This document shows positions 60,634 through 64,000 of a stretch of 64,000 nt of DNA, one piece after another. The notes beneath the pieces are model-generated. The model made no database searches. It worked only from the letters and a program-made list of their open reading frames with translations, and was not told the origin of the DNA. Origin of the DNA: Squalus acanthias (Eukaryota); NCBI GenBank assembly GCA_030390025.1, contig CM059437.1, forward strand, positions 94,364,001 through 94,428,000. Reading direction: 5' to 3'. The stretch's first letter is position 1, and every line of letters begins with the position of its first letter. The position numbers were made by a program, and so were the translations under genes.

Positions 60634-61817
60634 GTCTGGTCGGTGGCGTGTGACACATACTTCAATTTTCCTTCATTGTGGGGCAAGTGTCTTGCAACCA
60701 ATTGCTGCCCTTTATGGCAGCACAGCCAAGAGCAGGAACTCACCGCATGAGCAATCGTCGACTGAAACCTATGTTGTTACAACAACAAACAGCATATTAA
60801 TGTAAACATCTAAGGTGCTTCATAGAGACGGAACAGACTATTCCAGTGCACGGGCACACCATGTTTCACCACCTATTAGAGGCACCAAATCCTGTCCCTT
60901 GCTGCAAGCTAATTATTTTTGTTGATTTGGAATTAATAAGTAAGTTTAAGCACTGCCTGCCAACAATGCAGTCTATGAAGGCACACATTATTTTGGTTTG
61001 TGTACGTTAATTTAGATCGAGCTGATCTAAACTCTACTTCTATCCTTTCAATAAATATACAAACATCTTTAGTAGGCCATTCAATATTTTTGTAGGATTA
61101 CAGTAAGTATTTCTGAATGAATGTCTCTCTTTTGTCCTTCAGTGGAAATTTAAAAAAAATTTAAATTGTAGATTAAGAAACTAATTTCACCTAGCAGTGT
61201 CTGCCTTTCAAAACACCCAGATCACATTTGATCAAATAGTGTAGAACAGCTTCCCCCATTGGATCAAAGAATACATATATTACATAGTGTGCTATTGAGC
61301 CATGAGGAGCCAAATTTAATCCTGATCTTTGCGGAGTTAATTTATGGGGTGCTGCTGGCAGGGGGCGGGGGGGGGGATCATCAGCCAGAAGTACCACTCC
61401 TGCTGGATACTTCCCACCCCCTGTCCCCACAGCCACACAACCCATCACACTCACCATTCTAACCCACTCATGAAGAATGTGGTTTTTTTGGGCCAAGATA
61501 TCAGGGGGCCATCATCAAACGCACGTGTTATGGCTCAAGAGGAGAACATTTTCAACAAGTATTTTTCAACATACAGATAGCAGCTTACACCAGAAGCAGC
61601 AGTGTACGTAAACGGATATTTAGACTGCTCTAGGTATATCCTGAAAAACTGAATCAATTGAAAGAGCGAACACAGAAACTTGTATCAAGGAAACCTAGCA
61701 ATCACAGAATGTCACAGGACAGAAACAGCCATTGGGCTTATCAAGCCTGCACTTACAAGCCACCTAGTTCAAAAGCTTTTGTTCACATAGCTTCCTGGGT
61801 AAGCTGGTTACATTAAG

Positions 61818-62315
61818 ATATGGAATAGTACAGCACAGAAGGAGGCCATTCAGCCCATCGAGTCTGTGCCGGCTCTTTTGAAGAGCAATCCAGTTGGTCC
61901 CACTCCCCCGCTCTTTCCCCATATCTCTGCAATTTTTTCTCCTTCAAGTATTTATCCAATTCCCTTTTGAAGGCTACTATTGAATCTGTGTCCACCACCC
62001 TTTCAGGTAGTGCATTCAAAATCCTAATCATTCCTTGCATTAAAAGGTCTTTCCTCATGTCGCCTCTGGTTCTTTTGCCAATCACCTTAAATCTGTGCCC
62101 TCTTGTTATCGACCCTTCAGCCATTGGAAACAGTTTCTCTATTTACTCTATCTAAATCCTTCATGATTTTAAACACCTCTATAAAATTTCCTCTTGGTCT
62201 TCTCTGCTCCAAGGAGAACAACCCCAGCTTCTCTAGGCTATCCACGTAACTGTATTCCCTCATCCCTGGAACCATTCTAGTAAATCTCTTCTGTACCCTC
62301 TCCAAAGCCTTCACG
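61818..62315 (-). mobile_element. CR1 LINE 3' fragment (a second short tail fragment lies at about 61700-61750)
   Basis: ALERVQKRFTRMVPG, LEKLGLFSLEQRR, TRGHRFKVIGKR and FKRELDKYL, followed by a CR1 3' UTR. Confidence 0.93.
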
Positions 62316-64000
62316 AATACAGAAAACACACACAGGAGTGCTACACCTCCGTAGTACAGATTATTTCTCTATTCAACACTCAGTTTGTAATTCTACCTCC
62401 GAGTGTGGTAGTGACCCAAACAGACCAGAAAGGTTGCAGTTGGATCCTCAGTGCATGCTTGGTTAATGGATCTCCGCTAGGGTGGCAGTAGCCCAGAAAT
62501 GCCTTTGTGCTTGTGTGAACTGGATTGGACTCAGCTGTGAAGCACTCTGCAGTTGTTTGCACTTGCCTTGAAGAATGGTCACTTGAGTGAAGTGAGATAC
62601 CAGAAAGCTGCTGGAGTCCAGGGACCTGTACAAAAGTGTTATTTAGTGCCTTCAGCAGTGAAGGGCAGAAACTCTCACCCAACTCACTGTAACTCCAGTT
62701 TGGCATCATTATGCTTTAAAATGCTCCCTTCACGTCCTGTTATACAATGGCAGCAGAAAAATTCTGTGCTCATAATGGCAGCAATAGTGGAAGATACAAC
62801 TCCAAAGGGACAGCTCCAAATCGATAAGAAGTATGGAACTTATTTAAAAAAACACTGCTTTGGAAGATGTTCAAGGCTCTAACGCACTATGAGTTTGGAC
62901 ACGACTTGGAAATTGCTCTAAGGGTATATGCCGAATCCCTTGAGTATATTACTGCCTTGTAACACTCTCCCAGTCATCATTTATTCTCTATTTGAATGGC
63001 AGAGCACATTAGTTACTACACAAGACTTTCCTGTTCATTTTACAATGGATGCAATCCAATAACAATGCTTTATGGACTTTCCAAGCTTAAGTCAGTTCCC
63101 ATCTGTAATAAAATGTCAGCCTACGCCTTTACTACGAATCCGAACTATTAAAAATCTGCATTTTCATGTAGAGTATAGGATAAATTAGTCATATATTTCA
63201 ATAGAACAATTAGTAATTTGTTTCACAATGATAACTAATTTCCACAAGACATTCGGTAAAATCTTAGTATGAGTTATTCATTCTAAACTGCAAGGTGTGA
63301 AATACTGCAATATACCAGTAAATGAAAGTGAGATCAATACTGACATTAGGATTTTAAATTGGCCACAAACAGCATATCCACATATTATTCGGATAATTTT
63401 AATACAGTTAGCAAATGAGAAAGGCAACGTAACGGATTGGCTGTGTTCAGATAGTTGACCTCAATTTAAAATCAAAGACTGAAGGAAGTGAAGTATTTTG
63501 ACAATTTCAGGGTAATCAAAAATTGGAAAGCTTCAGTTCAAGTTTATTTCAATGGAAGAACCTTGACTAAGTCATAATGTACTAGCTAACCATGGTGATG
63601 AAACCAGTCTCTCTGCCTTTGGCAATAAAGCCTAGAACCAATTTAGCTTTTTAATCTTTACTCTCTTACAAACTACTGCAAGACTTCCAGGATTGAATAT
63701 AATTATAGTTAGTGAATGCAAAAAAGTGGCTAATTAAATACATTAAATTAATTTACTGGCTTTCTCAATACTTTAAGCTAAGACTGATAGAGATCTATCT
63801 CGCACCTGTAATCTGGTGCCAAAACAGCACTGGATACCTGTTGAATTTTGACAAAAGGTCTTAACTCAAAATATTAACTTATCTTCTCATAGTTCCATCA
63901 TTTTCTGTTTTTATTTCAGATTTCCATTATTTAATTTTTCTTTTAATATCTACGTGGAAATCTATAATTTGTTACAATGCTGTTGGAAAAAGGTATGTTT

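Overview
Vertebrate genomic DNA, almost certainly from a cartilaginous fish (shark), judged from the repeat content: a V-SINE of HE1 type, DeuSINEs of SacSINE1 type, and many CR1 and L2 LINE fragments. The window appears to be intronic sequence of one large minus-strand gene of the AUTS2 family, most likely FBRSL1. Only one coding exon is recognisable: 49 nt at 3223-3271, ASDVGSEKLFSPAPSK, equivalent to AUTS2 ASDASSEKLFNTVIVNK. I could not find the flanking exons, so the upstream intron is probably more than 60 kb. Inside it lie a CpG-rich candidate internal promoter and first exon (about 22.7-23.5 kb) and several repeat-free blocks that look like enhancers or conserved noncoding elements. It also holds layered mobile elements: CR1, L2, four SINE families (including LF-SINE-like and AmnSINE2-like copies), hAT MITEs, and PIF/Harbinger relics, one retaining a Myb/SANT coding remnant. 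Nearly all ORFs in the supplied track are spurious or decayed retrotransposon frames. I cannot support a wholly new biological system. The best leads are a possible non-AUG-initiated short isoform from the internal promoter, candidate poison or terminal exons, and the ancient SINE relatives. Family names come from recalled consensus sequences, not database searches, and repeat boundaries are approximate.
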